From Candidatus Bathyarchaeota archaeon (GTDB taxonomy: Archaea; Thermoproteota; Bathyarchaeia; Bathyarchaeales; Bathycorpusculaceae), in contig CAWGZR010000010.1 in assembly GCA_963827165.1 (NCBI GenBank), positions 192,001 through 256,000 of the forward strand: a DNA stretch of 64,000 nucleotides, read 5' to 3'. Position numbers and translations under genes: made by a program. Within the stretch, counting starts at the first letter, position 1, and every line of letters begins with the position of its first letter. Positions 52,810-63,928 of the stretch are shown in pieces. The notes beneath the pieces were generated by a model. The model was not told the DNA's origin and did not search any database. It worked only from the letters and a program-made list of their open reading frames with translations.

Positions 52810-53201
52810 GCATCAATCTTCCTGTTTCACGGTCAACCGCGGTTTCTTATCTTTGGGTAATGCGTAACTTGTTTCCTTGTTAATAACCGTTTTTGCTTCT
52901 AAACGTTGCAAGGTGGTATGATTTTGGTTACTTTTGAAACAGGTAGAGGCTTAGGTATGGTAGATAATCTCGGGATTTTTTCTTTGCGTTTTGCGTTGCT
53001 TTTCTTGTTTGGGACTTGGATTGTTTGTAGGTTGAGTCTTAAAATCTCTATAAATCTCCTTAAATCTCTATGAATCTCTCTCCTCCCAAAGCCGACATGG
53101 CACAAAATTTTCCTCAACTCTTTTGAAAAATCATTATCAAACTTAAGGAGAAAACCTCCGGAATTTCGATTGAAACGGAGGACAAAAATTTTGGTTGAAG
53201 A

Positions 53202-54053
53202 CTAAGCTTGACTATTGAATGGGTAAACTCTATTTGTTTCTAAATATCTCAACGATTCAACGGTTTTCTTTATTGTTTCGGTTTCAAATACGACTTCGGG
53301 GTTAACTTCGTATTTCTCGACGGTTTCTGTTAACGCAAGCCAATTGATATTTCCGCAGCCTATCTGCAGGTGCTGATCCGACTCGCCCATGTTGTCGCTT
53401 AAATGCATATAAGGAATTTGTTTTCCCAGTTTTGCCACCCATTCGTCCATGCACACTTTCGAGAAAGCATTTACGTGCCCTGTGTCCAAGCAGACTTTTA
53501 GGCGAGGCATGTTTACCTCCTTTAGTAGTGCATTAAAAATTTCGGGTGAAAACTCCCAAAAATTCTCCAGAAGTACTGTAGTCTCGTAGCTCTCGAGAAC
53601 TTTTCGCCAGAAATCGGCGTTTCTTGCGATCCAATTGCTTTTGTAGAGTTCGCCATAGACGAAGGGGTTGAAGTTTGCGTGGAAAACCACGTATTTGGCG
53701 TTGAGGAATTGGGCAATTTCCATATTCCTGAGTATTCGCTGTTTTGAGACCTTGGCTATTTTGCTGTCATTGCTGTGTACGCAGATATCCTGGAAGACAC
53801 CATGAACCGACACTTTGCCTTTGAACGTTGATAGTGCTCGTTGATGCCCCCTCACGAGGCTGCGCCAATTACTGTCTAACGCGTTAGCGTAGGCAAAGGT
53901 TCCCAGTTCAAGGTTGCAGTCGTTTGCTTCGGCAAATCTTAGAAAATCATCAAAACAATACTCAGAATGCTCTGCTATGCCTTGGCTCTTCCAAATTCTA
54001 GGCTGCACATATATAATTGACACTTTAATTTTCCCACGTTTGAATCTACACAA
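53202..54053 (-). CDS. Sugar phosphate isomerase/epimerase (AP endonuclease 2 TIM-barrel family)
   Basis: SVHG, VVFH, LLEN, CLDTGH, HLSDN.G..D.H, E. Confidence 0.85.
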   Translation of the reverse strand: MCRFKRGKIKVSIIYVQPRIWKSQGIAEHSEYCFDDFLRFAEANDCNLELGTFAYANALDSNWRSLVRGHQRALSTFKGKVSVHGVFQDICVHSNDSKIAKVSKQRILRNMEIAQFLNAKYVVFHANFNPFVYGELYKSNWIARNADFWRKVLESYETTVLLENFWEFSPEIFNALLKEVNMPRLKVCLDTGHVNAFSKVCMDEWVAKLGKQIPYMHLSDNMGESDQHLQIGCGNINWLALTETVEKYEVNPEVVFETETIKKTVESLRYLETNRVYPFNSQA

Positions 54054-54499
54054 TCCCTTATCTGCTTATCGCCCACGCGCTGCATTGCTAAACATAATCT
54101 TCGAGGGTCTTATTATTTCCACGAATAAGTTAACTTGGTTTGAATCAATATGCCCATGATCTTTAGAAGTTGGGGTTTACTTTCTTGTTCCATATGAAAG
54201 CCGATGACTATGTCATTTAACCCTTATTCATTGGAAAACTTCGCTTCTGTCGATTCATAGAAGGCATTTTTTTTAAAGTGCAAATAACTTTGAAAGGTTC
54301 GCGCTGAATTTTCGGTAGCTCAGTTCGAAAATATTCGCCTTATACATTCATGAGGCGAGACTAAAAAGCAAGGTTGGTTCTAATTCAAAATATTCTGGCG
54401 AGGGCGTTACTGAAAGACTGGATTTCCAATCTAAAATACACACAAAACTATCTCTGGCAAAGAAGACAAAGACCCTGATCATCATGCCTCAGGTAGATT

Positions 54500-54540
54500 T
54501 GAAAAAAACTTAAAAAAAAATTAAAAAAAGGGAAATAGTT
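54500..54540 (-). terminator. Oligo-T archaeal terminator of the beta-propeller gene
   Basis: Minus strand reads TTTCCCTTTTTTTAATTTTTTTTT shortly after the stop codon. Confidence 0.6.
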
Positions 54541-54558
54541 GTTGTTTTTGCCTTTAGT

Positions 54559-57338
54559 TTACGGGTGTTTTCTTGTGACGAGGAGTGCTAGTACTGCGCC
54601 GATTATAACGATGACGATGATGATTGCGATGCCTAAGTATTCAAGTGTGGCTTGTGTTGCGATGCCGCTGAGAGGTGTCGCTGTTGGCACCGCTGTTGCT
54701 GCTGGTGTGCCTGCATAGAAGAATGTTGATGATGATGATGAGTAGTATGCGTCTGTGCCTGGGAATGTTGCGTAGACTGTGTAGTTGCCTGCGATGTCTG
54801 GTTTCCATGTCAAGCCGTAGTCGCCTAAAGCGTTGGTTGTTGTTGTGCCGATTACGCGGTAGTTATTGTTGCTGTCTAAGACTGATAATGTGACTGGTAC
54901 TCCGGTTGCGTTGTGTGGCATTGGCTGCTGCATATATACTGCTGCCATAAACTGTGACATGCTGGCATCGGAAACGCATGGTAATCCGTTGGGGAAGTTT
55001 AATGCTACTGCAGCTTGGGATGCGCCTGCAGAAATGTCTGTGACTGAGCCAGTTATGGTTATGGGTGTAGATGTTGTTACGCCAGTTTCTGGTGCGGAAA
55101 TTGTTGTTTTGCTTGGTCCTTGCCCGTAAGCATATACTTGGTTGTCGTAGGCGTTTAGTGTTGTCATTATACCGTAGGCTAATTCAGGGTTCGAATCAAC
55201 GTCCATAGATGGAATGCTCCAGATTAGTTTTCCAGTCGTTGTGTTTAGGGCTAACAGTTGCGCTCCGATGAATAGTGGTGGAGCATATTCGTGACCTTCT
55301 TCAAGGAATTCTACTCCGCCGCCTCCGCCGATGCCGGTTTGTACCCAAATAGGCCATACGTTGTATGGAGTGTTAAAGCCTGCTGCACCGGTGAGTTGGG
55401 TGGTGTTGGTGTACCAATTGAGTTTGCCGGTTGCTATGTCAAGTGACCAGGCGTCGCCACCGAAGCCGAAGAGAAGGAAGCTGTTGCCGTAGACGCTCCC
55501 TTTGATTCCGCCGACTGTGTCGTATGGTTGGATGTTTGCGCCGTTGGCACCTGTAAGCGTTGTTTGCCATACTAGGTTTCCTGTCTGAGTACTGTAAGCA
55601 GTGACTTGGCCTGTTTCTTTGATGACTGTCGTAAAGACGCCGTCGCCGACGTTGCCATAGTTGTCTAAGTTGTCTGCTGCGTAAGGTGTGAGGGTTATGT
55701 TTTTCTCAAAAAGCATGTTGCCTGTCGTTAAGGAGTAGCCAGTGAAGATTGTGTAGCCTGTCGTGAAGTAGTTTGTAAGCCCGAAGTTAGCTGCTGAATA
55801 AAGAAGGGCTACGCCGCTGTTACATCCAATAATAGTCCAAGTGTTTGGCAGCGTTCCAACGTTTCCATCAGCTGGAACGGGTACTGTACCTGGGAGTTGC
55901 CATGCTGATTGTATTCCGTATGAGAACGAAAGCACTCCGTCTTGTGGGGGTCTCCATTGCCAACCTGAGGCTGATGAAGCCCAATTTCCGTTTGCAAGTT
56001 CGATGCATTGTGTTGAGTTCCATGCTTCAAGTAGCGTGTTACCTGCGGTTAAAGAGACTTTTGTGGGTGATGGTCCGACGTTAGGTATCATTACATGCGG
56101 GTTATAGTATGTTTGTGTGCCGACTGTTGTGTTGGTGTAATATGAACCAGGTCTCCACCTTGGTCGACGGTGAGTCCGTAGCTGAAGCCTGTGCCGTTTA
56201 CAATGCTCAATATGTATTTTCCAGTCATCGCGTCAAACATGTTCAAGCATGTTCCAGTTGATACGATTCCAGCAGGTGTTCCAGATTCCCAAAGGTATGG
56301 GATGCCTCCGTACTGGTTGGGTGATACGTAGTCAAGTACTTGTCCGCATGAAAAGGGCATGACTATACCAGCTGATGTTAAAGCAGTCTGTTGTGGAGAA
56401 CCGCCGCCATAGTTGCTGCTGTCGTCTGTCCAAACAGTTTGCCCAGTGTATAGGTCGATGCAAATGTTTGCGACTGGGGTAGTCGAGCTTCCTGGAAACT
56501 CTGTGTAGAAGAGGTAGCCGTTGATGACTATTGGGTCGTATTTGCGTTCGTACTGGGATGTTGAGTAGTAGTTACCATAGGTGGTTGTTCCGCCTGCGTC
56601 TCCGCCGATGGCGCCTCCGTAGGCGACTGGTCTTGTCCAAATGATGTGTGAACTCATTGGTGCTGTTGAGTATGGGTTAAAGTTTGTCGTGGTATTGTAG
56701 TTTCCGGCGCCTTTTCCCGCACTATAACCAGTGTAGAGAGAAAGGTATGGACCGCCGAGAACGTACCAATTTTGGACATTCATTGCGTTAATTGGGGTCT
56801 GCCAGTAGCTGGTTGGAAGCGGGGTTGCTGGGATTGATCCGACTGGACTTTGCTGCACGTCGAGTGTTGCAATGTTGCTGGTTGCGGGCAAAATTGTGTC
56901 GTTGACGTATGCATTGGTGCTGGGTGCTACGTAGGTATTGTAGGTTGAGCCTGTTAGATTTTCGCCTGGGAAATACATCTGGAATGTGTAGACACCGACT
57001 TGAGTAGGTGTAAACTGGGTGGATGTTCCGCCTGTGTCGTCAGAGATGAATGGACCCAGCGTTTCATTTTGTCCGTTGGGTTCAGTTACCGTGACTTTCA
57101 TGCCGCCGAATCTGTCACCATAGGGACCACTTGCCGTCATTGGAGGTTGGTTGAGCCAGAAGCCGACCGTGGCAGTTTGTCCTAACCCGATGGGACTTGG
57201 ACCGACGTTGCAGAAAGCGAAGAACTGAATCTGCCAAGCGGGGGTGTGAGCGTTAGCATTGGGCAATATCGTAACCATTGAAAGAGCGAAGAATATAGCT
57301 ATAGCAATTGCTAGAGATTTCTTTTTACTAATAATCAT
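54559..57338 (-). CDS. Large secreted PQQ-like beta-propeller surface protein with C-terminal TM; frameshift near 56100-56140
   Basis: Signal peptide ANA-HTPAW; repeats such as ALNTTTGKLIW and SLDIATGKLNW; GQGPSKTT..VSDASM..YMQQP domain; TM anchor. Confidence 0.85.
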
Positions 57339-57367
57339 TTCTTTTTTCTCCTATTTTTTTGTTTGAA

Positions 57368-57431
57368 AACGAGAGCCAAAAGGCCTCGTTATGAACTAAT
57401 GTTTTCTAAAACTTCTCTTATAAACTTTTTT
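57368..57431 (-). promoter_or_regulatory. BRE-TATA promoter and 5'-UTR hairpin
   Basis: Minus strand AAAAAAGTTTATAA (57418-57431) and hairpin AACGAG-GCC-TTTT-GGC-T-CTCGTT (57368-57390). Confidence 0.6.
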
Positions 57432-57572
57432 CAGCTCAAATTTTAAAGAACGCTGTGTCGAGCATTGTATCTATAGGCATTTTTCAATGCAGTCACAGTA
57501 TTCAACGCATAACTAGCCTAAAACGTTAGAAATAAAAAGTTTTAACAAGAGGGAAAAAAGCCCGATTTTATG

Positions 57573-59003
57573 CTATTCGCCTAGGATTCGTCGGAAGGCT
57601 GGATACATTTCCGCGGCGCGTTCTTGCATTAGCAGTTCATAGTATTGGTAGATTATGCCCACTGACAGCAGTATACCTGTTCCTGTACCGAAGGTGCCGA
57701 AGAAATCTGCGCTTGCAGCTACGAGCCCCACGATGATTCCTCCGAGCACTGTAACTACGGGGATGTAGCGTTTAAGGACGGCTTCGATGGGTTTTCCTGA
57801 TCTGCGGTACCCTGGGATTTGCATGCCTGAATCCATGAGTTGCTGTGCAACTTTTGATGGGCCTAAGCCGCCGACTTCGAGCCAAATTAGGGAGAAGACA
57901 GCGCAGAAGGCCACAAGAATCCCTAGGTAGGCAGCGGCTCTTATTGGAGCAAGTGCAACTTGTTGTATGTTGGCTGGCGCTGTTACAAGCCATGCGAGCC
58001 CTCCGACTGGTGCAACGCTTGTGCTTCCTGTTGATGGGTTAACCGTTGCGTTGAATTGCCCCAGTAGTGAGAATAGCAGATTGTGTGCGGAGGGTGGGGG
58101 GCTGCCCATTTGGCTCCAGAGCAGCTGTGTGAAGAAATAAACGTTTGCAAAGAGGGCTGATGCAAAGATTACAGGTAAGTTTGAAACATATAGCAGTTTA
58201 ATTGGGTATCTGCTTCGGAAGCCCTTGTATCCTGCGTAGCTCATCGGAAGCTCGATTCTCACGCCGTTTAGGTAGATAACTACTAGGAAGGCAGCTATTG
58301 TGGCGAAGAATCCGATTAGAGAGGGGTATACGCCTGAAGATGAGCCGACTATCCAAGTCACTAGATTCATGCCGTGACGTAAATAAGCGTCTAGTGATCC
58401 AACAAATAATCCTGTGGCGGGCGAAAACATATCCCAAACTACTGATTGAGCGACACCTGCCATGATGAAGAGGCTGATTCCGCTGCCTAGACCCCAGCCT
58501 TTCTGGATGAGTTCGTCCATAAGCATGACCATGAGTCCTGCGGTGAGAAGCTGGAAAAAGATAATCAGTGCAGTTGACCCTGCGAGGGAGCCGAACATGC
58601 CGCTTATGATGTATGCGGCTGCTTGGATTCCTGTAAGGGCGATGCTGAATACTTTGCTCGCGGAGGTGAATAGTCCCCTGTCCTCCGAGTTGGACATGTC
58701 ACATTGAATGATTGAGGAACCTGCGAGTAACTGCAGAATCAAACCAGCTGTAACGATAGGTCCAATGCCCAGCTGCATCAAGGTTCCGTTATTAGAAGCA
58801 AAGATAACTCTTAATTGACTAAATGAACTTGAAACTGATGAGGAAATCCCGTAAAGCGGGATTTGAGACATAACTAGGAAAATGACTAGGGTAAGGCCGG
58901 TCCAGAAGATTTTTTCATTGAAACTTACTTTTCGCTCGGGCTTCTTGATTTCAGGCAGAACTCTTCCAATTGGCTTGAAGAGGCTGAGGAATCTTCCGGG
59001 CAT
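57573..59003 (-). CDS. secY: Preprotein translocase SecY
   Basis: LGIGPIVTA, KGWGLGSGISLFI, YPIKLLYVSNLP, QIPGYRRS, GTGILLSV. Confidence 0.98.
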   Translation of the reverse strand: MPGRFLSLFKPIGRVLPEIKKPERKVSFNEKIFWTGLTLVIFLVMSQIPLYGISSSVSSSFSQLRVIFASNNGTLMQLGIGPIVTAGLILQLLAGSSIIQCDMSNSEDRGLFTSASKVFSIALTGIQAAAYIISGMFGSLAGSTALIIFFQLLTAGLMVMLMDELIQKGWGLGSGISLFIMAGVAQSVVWDMFSPATGLFVGSLDAYLRHGMNLVTWIVGSSSGVYPSLIGFFATIAAFLVVIYLNGVRIELPMSYAGYKGFRSRYPIKLLYVSNLPVIFASALFANVYFFTQLLWSQMGSPPPSAHNLLFSLLGQFNATVNPSTGSTSVAPVGGLAWLVTAPANIQQVALAPIRAAAYLGILVAFCAVFSLIWLEVGGLGPSKVAQQLMDSGMQIPGYRRSGKPIEAVLKRYIPVVTVLGGIIVGLVAASADFFGTFGTGTGILLSVGIIYQYYELLMQERAAEMYPAFRRILGE

Positions 59004-59012
59004 TTAGCAGCT

Positions 59013-59426
59013 TTACTCTCCGTTGACTGGGGAGCCGACTATTTCTCCGCCTGCTTTTTTGATTTTGTCAGCTGCTGCTTTAGAGAAAAAGGGTACCTGC
59101 ACGGTCAAAGCCTTCGTGATTTTGCCCGAACCTAAAAGTTTTGTGTAACCTAATGCTGATAGATCAATCCGCTGGTTTGCTTGGGCTAATTCTTCAAGTT
59201 TCTTGAGGTTAATCGGGTTCACCCGTGTATGAAGGCTTTTAGGTGAAACGAAGCCGGTTTTTCCGAAGTATTCAGGTTCATGAGTTACAACCCAGCTCCA
59301 CAAATGCTTGTGTCGTCCAACTTTTCTGTGCCCTTTAGACCCAGAGTCTCGGTGCTGGCCTATTCTACCGTAGCCTACCGTTCTTGAGCCCCTAAATTTC
59401 CGTATTTTTCTAAGTTTATGCGGCAT
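59013..59426 (-). CDS. rpl15: 50S ribosomal protein uL15
   Basis: RKFRGSRTVGYGRIGQHR..G..G, YFGK.GF, KLLGSG; start MPHK at 59426. Confidence 0.96.
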   Translation of the reverse strand: MPHKLRKIRKFRGSRTVGYGRIGQHRDSGSKGHRKVGRHKHLWSWVVTHEPEYFGKTGFVSPKSLHTRVNPINLKKLEELAQANQRIDLSALGYTKLLGSGKITKALTVQVPFFSKAAADKIKKAGGEIVGSPVNGE

Positions 59427-59907
59427 TTTGGTCAGCTTCTTTGTCAATTGCTGTCTCTGCTTTTCGCAGTTTTATTTCGAGCACACCATTCTTGAATTTG
59501 GTGTACATGACGTCTGGAATCACTAACTTCGGCAGATTTAAACTTTTATAGTATCTTCGATCTTTTGATTTTGCCGACAACGTGATTTTCTGGTCTTTCA
59601 CATGAATTTTAAGGGTATCCTTATTAAACCCTGTGATTTCGGCTACGACTGTTATGAAGTTGTTTTCTTGGAAAATGTCAATTAATGGCTTTTGCTCTTG
59701 GAATTTTCGTTCGCTGAAGTTTTTGGATGGCCGAAAGCTTGCGGGAACAGATATGGATTTTAATCGGTAAGCGTGTTCGGGTCGAACCGTTTTCGATTTG
59801 CCGGTTTTAGATGGTTGGTCGTTAAAATCTAGCCACTTACGGTTTTTTGCGCTTCTACGCCATTTTGCACTCGTGTCTTTCCCCCTCCAATACCTAACGG
59901 ATTTCAA
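59416..59907 (-). CDS. Hsp20/alpha-crystallin domain protein
   Basis: PLIDIFQE...VVAEITG, RYYK.L.LP, FKNGVLEIKL. Confidence 0.85.
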   Translation of the reverse strand: MKSVRYWRGKDTSAKWRRSAKNRKWLDFNDQPSKTGKSKTVRPEHAYRLKSISVPASFRPSKNFSERKFQEQKPLIDIFQENNFITVVAEITGFNKDTLKIHVKDQKITLSAKSKDRRYYKSLNLPKLVIPDVMYTKFKNGVLEIKLRKAETAIDKEADQNAA

Positions 59908-60761
59908 ACTCGTAACTATAAAATGTATCGCACATAAAAGATGAATAAACGCGGCTTTTCAAAGAGGGAGTTTTATGTCAAAAATAGCCACTGTGGAAAA
60001 TGGAGCTTGGTTTTAAGGTCAGCCTTGGCTTTTTCTTACGCTTCTTTGACAGCTTTTGAGCTTTTCTGGTCATCTGCCGTCGCACATTTCTTAATTGAAA
60101 TGTTTGGTTTTGTGAATGATGCGACTTTCGTGAAAACTTTTTGTGTTTTGAGTTGCTTCCTTGGAATAAAGCTTGGATTGGCAGCAACAGTTCTCTAAAA
60201 AAATCTTAGAAACATCTAAATTCATCTGAAAAGTTCAAAAAAAACTGAAAAAGATCCGAGTTAATAGCAAATAAAAACCGAAAAAAGCTAATAGAAGTCC
60301 CAGTTGACCAAGGCTTCACGATTTCAGGGTGTAGAAATTTTTCTCGGTACTGTGTTTTTTTGGTTTGGAACCAGAAAGGGTTTGCAGGTTGCGACTTTTG
60401 AAGCAGTGTTCCTCTTTATTGTCTCTTGATGCTGTTTTGGTAGTTTCCAGCAGGCATACAGACACCTTTGTTGAAGCAGAGAGATTGTGCTTTCTTATTC
60501 GGATAAGATTAACTTTTCTCGTTTAGTTCTTTCTGCAATTGATCCAAATTGGCTTGAGTGCTACGAAAGATAGTGGAGTGAATATTCAACAATTTATCTG
60601 GTTACACCGACGTCCTGAAATTGGATAAAGTTAGTTGCCGTCTTCTTTTCTCCATCAACTAGTTTTTTAGCTACGCTTCGTCTATACAATTTATGGTGTA
60701 TATTTTGAAAAACCTGACCTCAGACACATTTTTTTCATGTAGGGCAGTTGAAGCGTATGTT

Positions 60762-60860
60762 TTGCCCGAAGAGCCGCCCACTCCTTTTCCTCAGCCGAAT
60801 CCTGAACCAGAACCGGAACCTGATCCTCAACCGGGACCGAAGCCAGAAGGGAGTCTTTAA
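60762..60860 (+). CDS. Putative Pro/Glu-rich microprotein (32 aa)
   Basis: TTG-start MPEEPPTPFPQPNPEPEPEPDPQPGPKPEGSL with varied synonymous codons. Confidence 0.35.
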   Translation: MPEEPPTPFPQPNPEPEPEPDPQPGPKPEGSL

Positions 60861-60930
60861 GACTCTTGCAAAGAATTAACTGAAGGAAGTTTAAAAGAAA
60901 TTAATAAAAAAATTTGATTTAAGTGGGGAC

Positions 60931-61419
60931 TTAAATCATGCGTTTTACTAGGTCGTTTATTTTTTCTCCGCGGTACCCTGCTTCGCCGCCCGCGTTGAAG
61001 CTTTTCTTGGTTTTTCCTTTGTATCCTTTGCTTGGCGGATGAAATCTGAACACGGGCTGTGTATCTGGCAATTTTTGGTAAGCGACTTTGCAGTTTATGA
61101 TGGCTTCGGCGAGGTCGTCGAATGATTTGTAGCCTTGTTTTTGGATGTATTCTTCTGTGAGTTTTTTTCCGCCTACCAATTTGGCGCGTTTCTGCAGCAT
61201 CGCCGAGACGATTTCTTTTGTGGGTTCGCCGTAAGTTACGTAGTTGTTTACGCGTTGTAGCATTCCAAGGTAGGCTGGTCGGCTGTCGAGGAGCAATGCG
61301 TGGTTAGTGTGGTTTAAATGCAGGAGTTCAAGAGTTTCGCGTGCTTCTTTTTGGGCGCTTACTGTTCCTCGGACACGAACGGCTACGAGGCATTTGCAAT
61401 CTTCGGTTTTCTGTGCCAT
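60931..61419 (-). CDS. rpl30: 50S ribosomal protein uL30
   Basis: AVRVRG, TLELL.L, GMLQRV..YVTYGE, FRFHPP.KG, GYRGEKINDL. Confidence 0.97.
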   Translation of the reverse strand: MAQKTEDCKCLVAVRVRGTVSAQKEARETLELLHLNHTNHALLLDSRPAYLGMLQRVNNYVTYGEPTKEIVSAMLQKRAKLVGGKKLTEEYIQKQGYKSFDDLAEAIINCKVAYQKLPDTQPVFRFHPPSKGYKGKTKKSFNAGGEAGYRGEKINDLVKRMI

Positions 61420-61420
61420 T

Positions 61421-62071
61421 TTACCGCACCCAATCCACTTGAGTGATCAAGTAGTATGTTTTCTTTAGACCGTCGAAGATTGCGCATGCGTAAGAGGGCA
61501 CTGTTCTTGTTGAACCATAACTTCTCATCCAGAGATCTTTCACTCCTGCTAAGCCCAAGATGACCTTGGCTACTTCGCTTGAAACCAAACCTAGGCCTCT
61601 TGGTCCCGGAACAATGACAACTCGGACGCCGCCGCATTTTCCTTCGACTTGGAATGGTACTGAATGTGGTTTGCCGCATCCGCATTCCCAACTGCCGCAT
61701 CCACGTTTAACGGGGATAATGTTTAGGCGGGCGTTAGCTGCTGCTTTTTCAATGGCGTTTCGCACTTGACTGGCTTTTCCTGAGCCTAAGCCGATGTAAC
61801 CGTCTCGGTTTCCAACTGCAACGATGGCTTTGAACCGGGATTTTTCGCCGGCGTCAGTTTGTTTCTGTACCAAGTTAACGTTTATGACTTCTTCTTGCAA
61901 GTCAGGAATCAGGGAATCGACGATTTGGGCTTCTGAAATTTTTATGCCACTTAGGAAAACGTCTTCTATGGTTGTTATTTTGCCTTCCTGGATCATTTTG
62001 CCCAAACGGGTTTTCGGTACCCATGCTTCCAAGTTACTTTGTCTATTATCTCGCCTTTGCGTTTGACTCAT
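61421..62071 (-). CDS. rps5: 30S ribosomal protein uS5
   Basis: WVPKTRLG, VQKQTDAGE, GCGSWECGCG..HSVP, GPRGLGL. Confidence 0.98.
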   Translation of the reverse strand: MSQTQRRDNRQSNLEAWVPKTRLGKMIQEGKITTIEDVFLSGIKISEAQIVDSLIPDLQEEVINVNLVQKQTDAGEKSRFKAIVAVGNRDGYIGLGSGKASQVRNAIEKAAANARLNIIPVKRGCGSWECGCGKPHSVPFQVEGKCGGVRVVIVPGPRGLGLVSSEVAKVILGLAGVKDLWMRSYGSTRTVPSYACAIFDGLKKTYYLITQVDWVR

Positions 62072-62817
62072 TCTTTCTTTCCACCTTTTTTACTTGCCTT
62101 CGCCTTTTCTTTGGGTGCCTTCGCAGCTTTTTCTTTCACCGCTTTTGGAGCTTTTTCCTTTGGCGCTTTAGCCGCAGTCTTTTTCGGAACCTCTTCAGCT
62201 TTATTTTCGGTTTCAGCCGCGGGCTTGCCGCCTTTAAAGACCGCTGTTATTTCGCCCTTGACTTTGGTGAAGTGCTCTGGCAGCTTCTCTGGAGCAACAC
62301 CTTGAGCGATGTACTTTGAGAATTTTGCGTTGTACTCTTCCGATCCGACGCCTAAACTTTTGGCGTATTTAGCTATATGTTCGCCTTTCATTCGTTCCTT
62401 GACGATTTTCTCTTCACTGTGAGGTACATCCACGCCGGCGTCCACAACTCCGCTCATGGCGGCGAAAACTTTAGCGCCCTTGGTTGGAGCAATCAAACCG
62501 ATGTCTAAAATGGCTTCTTTTATGCCTTTGGCTTTCGCCTTTAAGCCGCAAAGATAGCCAGTCAGGTAGGCTGATGAAATGTTGCCGGTTGGAGCTTTCC
62601 ACCCATAGGTTTTGCCGAGTTCACGGCTATTTGCTGCCGCTAACACTTCGTCACCAGAAGGTTTAGCAATCGCTATCTGCACGGTGATGTTTTTCAGTGA
62701 AGCGCGTGTTATAAGCCGTGGCTTTTTAGAAGTCACTAGAGCTTTACGTGCTTGGTAGTCGGTTTTTCCTTCTCGTCTACGCCTAAGTTTTACTCGGTAA
62801 TGACCGTTTGTCGCCAA
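62068..62817 (-). CDS. rpl18: 50S ribosomal protein uL18 with Lys/Ala-rich tail
   Basis: RRRREGKTDY..R, AYLTG, LDIGL, G.HIA.YA. Confidence 0.97.
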   Translation of the reverse strand: MATNGHYRVKLRRRREGKTDYQARKALVTSKKPRLITRASLKNITVQIAIAKPSGDEVLAAANSRELGKTYGWKAPTGNISSAYLTGYLCGLKAKAKGIKEAILDIGLIAPTKGAKVFAAMSGVVDAGVDVPHSEEKIVKERMKGEHIAKYAKSLGVGSEEYNAKFSKYIAQGVAPEKLPEHFTKVKGEITAVFKGGKPAAETENKAEEVPKKTAAKAPKEKAPKAVKEKAAKAPKEKAKASKKGGKKE

Positions 62818-62818
62818 C

Positions 62819-63274
62819 TTAACGTTTCCTCCATAAATCGTTTGCTTTTAGGTTGCGTTCCAACTCCGCTATTGACTGGAATCTTCCGCTGCCAGCCATT
62901 CGGTAATATTGGGTGTATGTATCTTCTGTTATAGTTCTGGCGGCTTTTAACTCGCGGAGCTTCCGTCTAAGAGAGCGTATCCTGATCATCCAAGCCTCTT
63001 TCTTAGTAACTTTTGCGTGGGCAGCTCCAGTTATGCTGCCAGGTCCGCTTCGCCTGCCCTTGACTTTTTTGGCTCGAATAACTTTCGCTCTTGAACGACT
63101 TACGCCTTTCTCAGGCAGAGAAATGATGACTCGCTCGTGAATCAGCTTTCTAACTTCTTCGCGTGTAATTGCGCTTTCAACATCATCCATGAATTCTGGG
63201 TTAATCCAAACGCGGTTTCGCCCAATCTTTAGGATTTGAGATGCTAAACGCCTTTGACTGGTCAGGTTAGTCAT
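62819..63274 (-). CDS. rpl19e: 50S ribosomal protein eL19
   Basis: QRRLAS.IL..G..RVW, ITREEVR.LI, GPGS..G, W..RIR.LRR. Confidence 0.97.
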   Translation of the reverse strand: MTNLTSQRRLASQILKIGRNRVWINPEFMDDVESAITREEVRKLIHERVIISLPEKGVSRSRAKVIRAKKVKGRRSGPGSITGAAHAKVTKKEAWMIRIRSLRRKLRELKAARTITEDTYTQYYRMAGSGRFQSIAELERNLKANDLWRKR

Positions 63275-63928
63275 TGTTCTTCTTCCCCTTCCTCTTCAGT
63301 TTCTTCCGTATCCTTTTTAGACTTGGATTTTTTAGGTTTCTTTTCTTTCTTCGGTTTCTCTTCCGCTTCTTCTGGCTCTTCTGTTTCGGTTTCCTCTACT
63401 TCTGCGTCCTTCGTACCCTTGGGGGCTTCTTCCTTTTCAGCCTCGGTTTCCTCGTCTTCAGTCTGTACTGTTTCTTCGCCTTCAGCTTCTTCTTCGTCCG
63501 CTTTCTTTTTCAGGCACCGCAGAAACTTTGACGTTTAGGATTTTAATGTTTAGTTTCTTGGCGTCTGCGATGATTAAGGCACGTTTTCTTTTGCCGACGG
63601 TGTGTGCTATACGCGCAGCTTGAGTGTTAAGGTCAACTTTGGATAAGTCCTCAACATTAAAAACTATAACTTCCCTGTAACCTGAAGGATGAAGACCTCT
63701 TGCGATTTTTGGCCCTTTGTAACCGGTGCTTGAACCCGGTGGCCAACCCTTGATTTTTCGGCGGATCTTGTTGTCTAAGCCTCTAGGTCTTCTCCAGCTA
63801 ATGCTGAATCGGTCATATTTCCAGCTTTCAGCTCTCACGAACTTTGGTTTCTTGTTTCTTGAGCGTGCTCTAAGTCTTAGAGCTTCTCGTGAAAGTTTAG
63901 GTTTCTTTTCGATTTTTTCAGCTGTCAT
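63271..63928 (-). CDS. rpl32e: 50S ribosomal protein eL32 with long Glu/Lys-rich C-terminal extension (frameshift near 63505)
   Basis: KPKFVR, WRRPRGLDNK, RGLHPSG, VGKRKR; acidic tail ends EEEQ-TGA overlapping the eL19 ATG. Confidence 0.93.

Noticed and set aside
59978-60187. Basic histone-like small protein
   Set aside because: Several frames are open on both strands with no clear start context, so a gene cannot be supported
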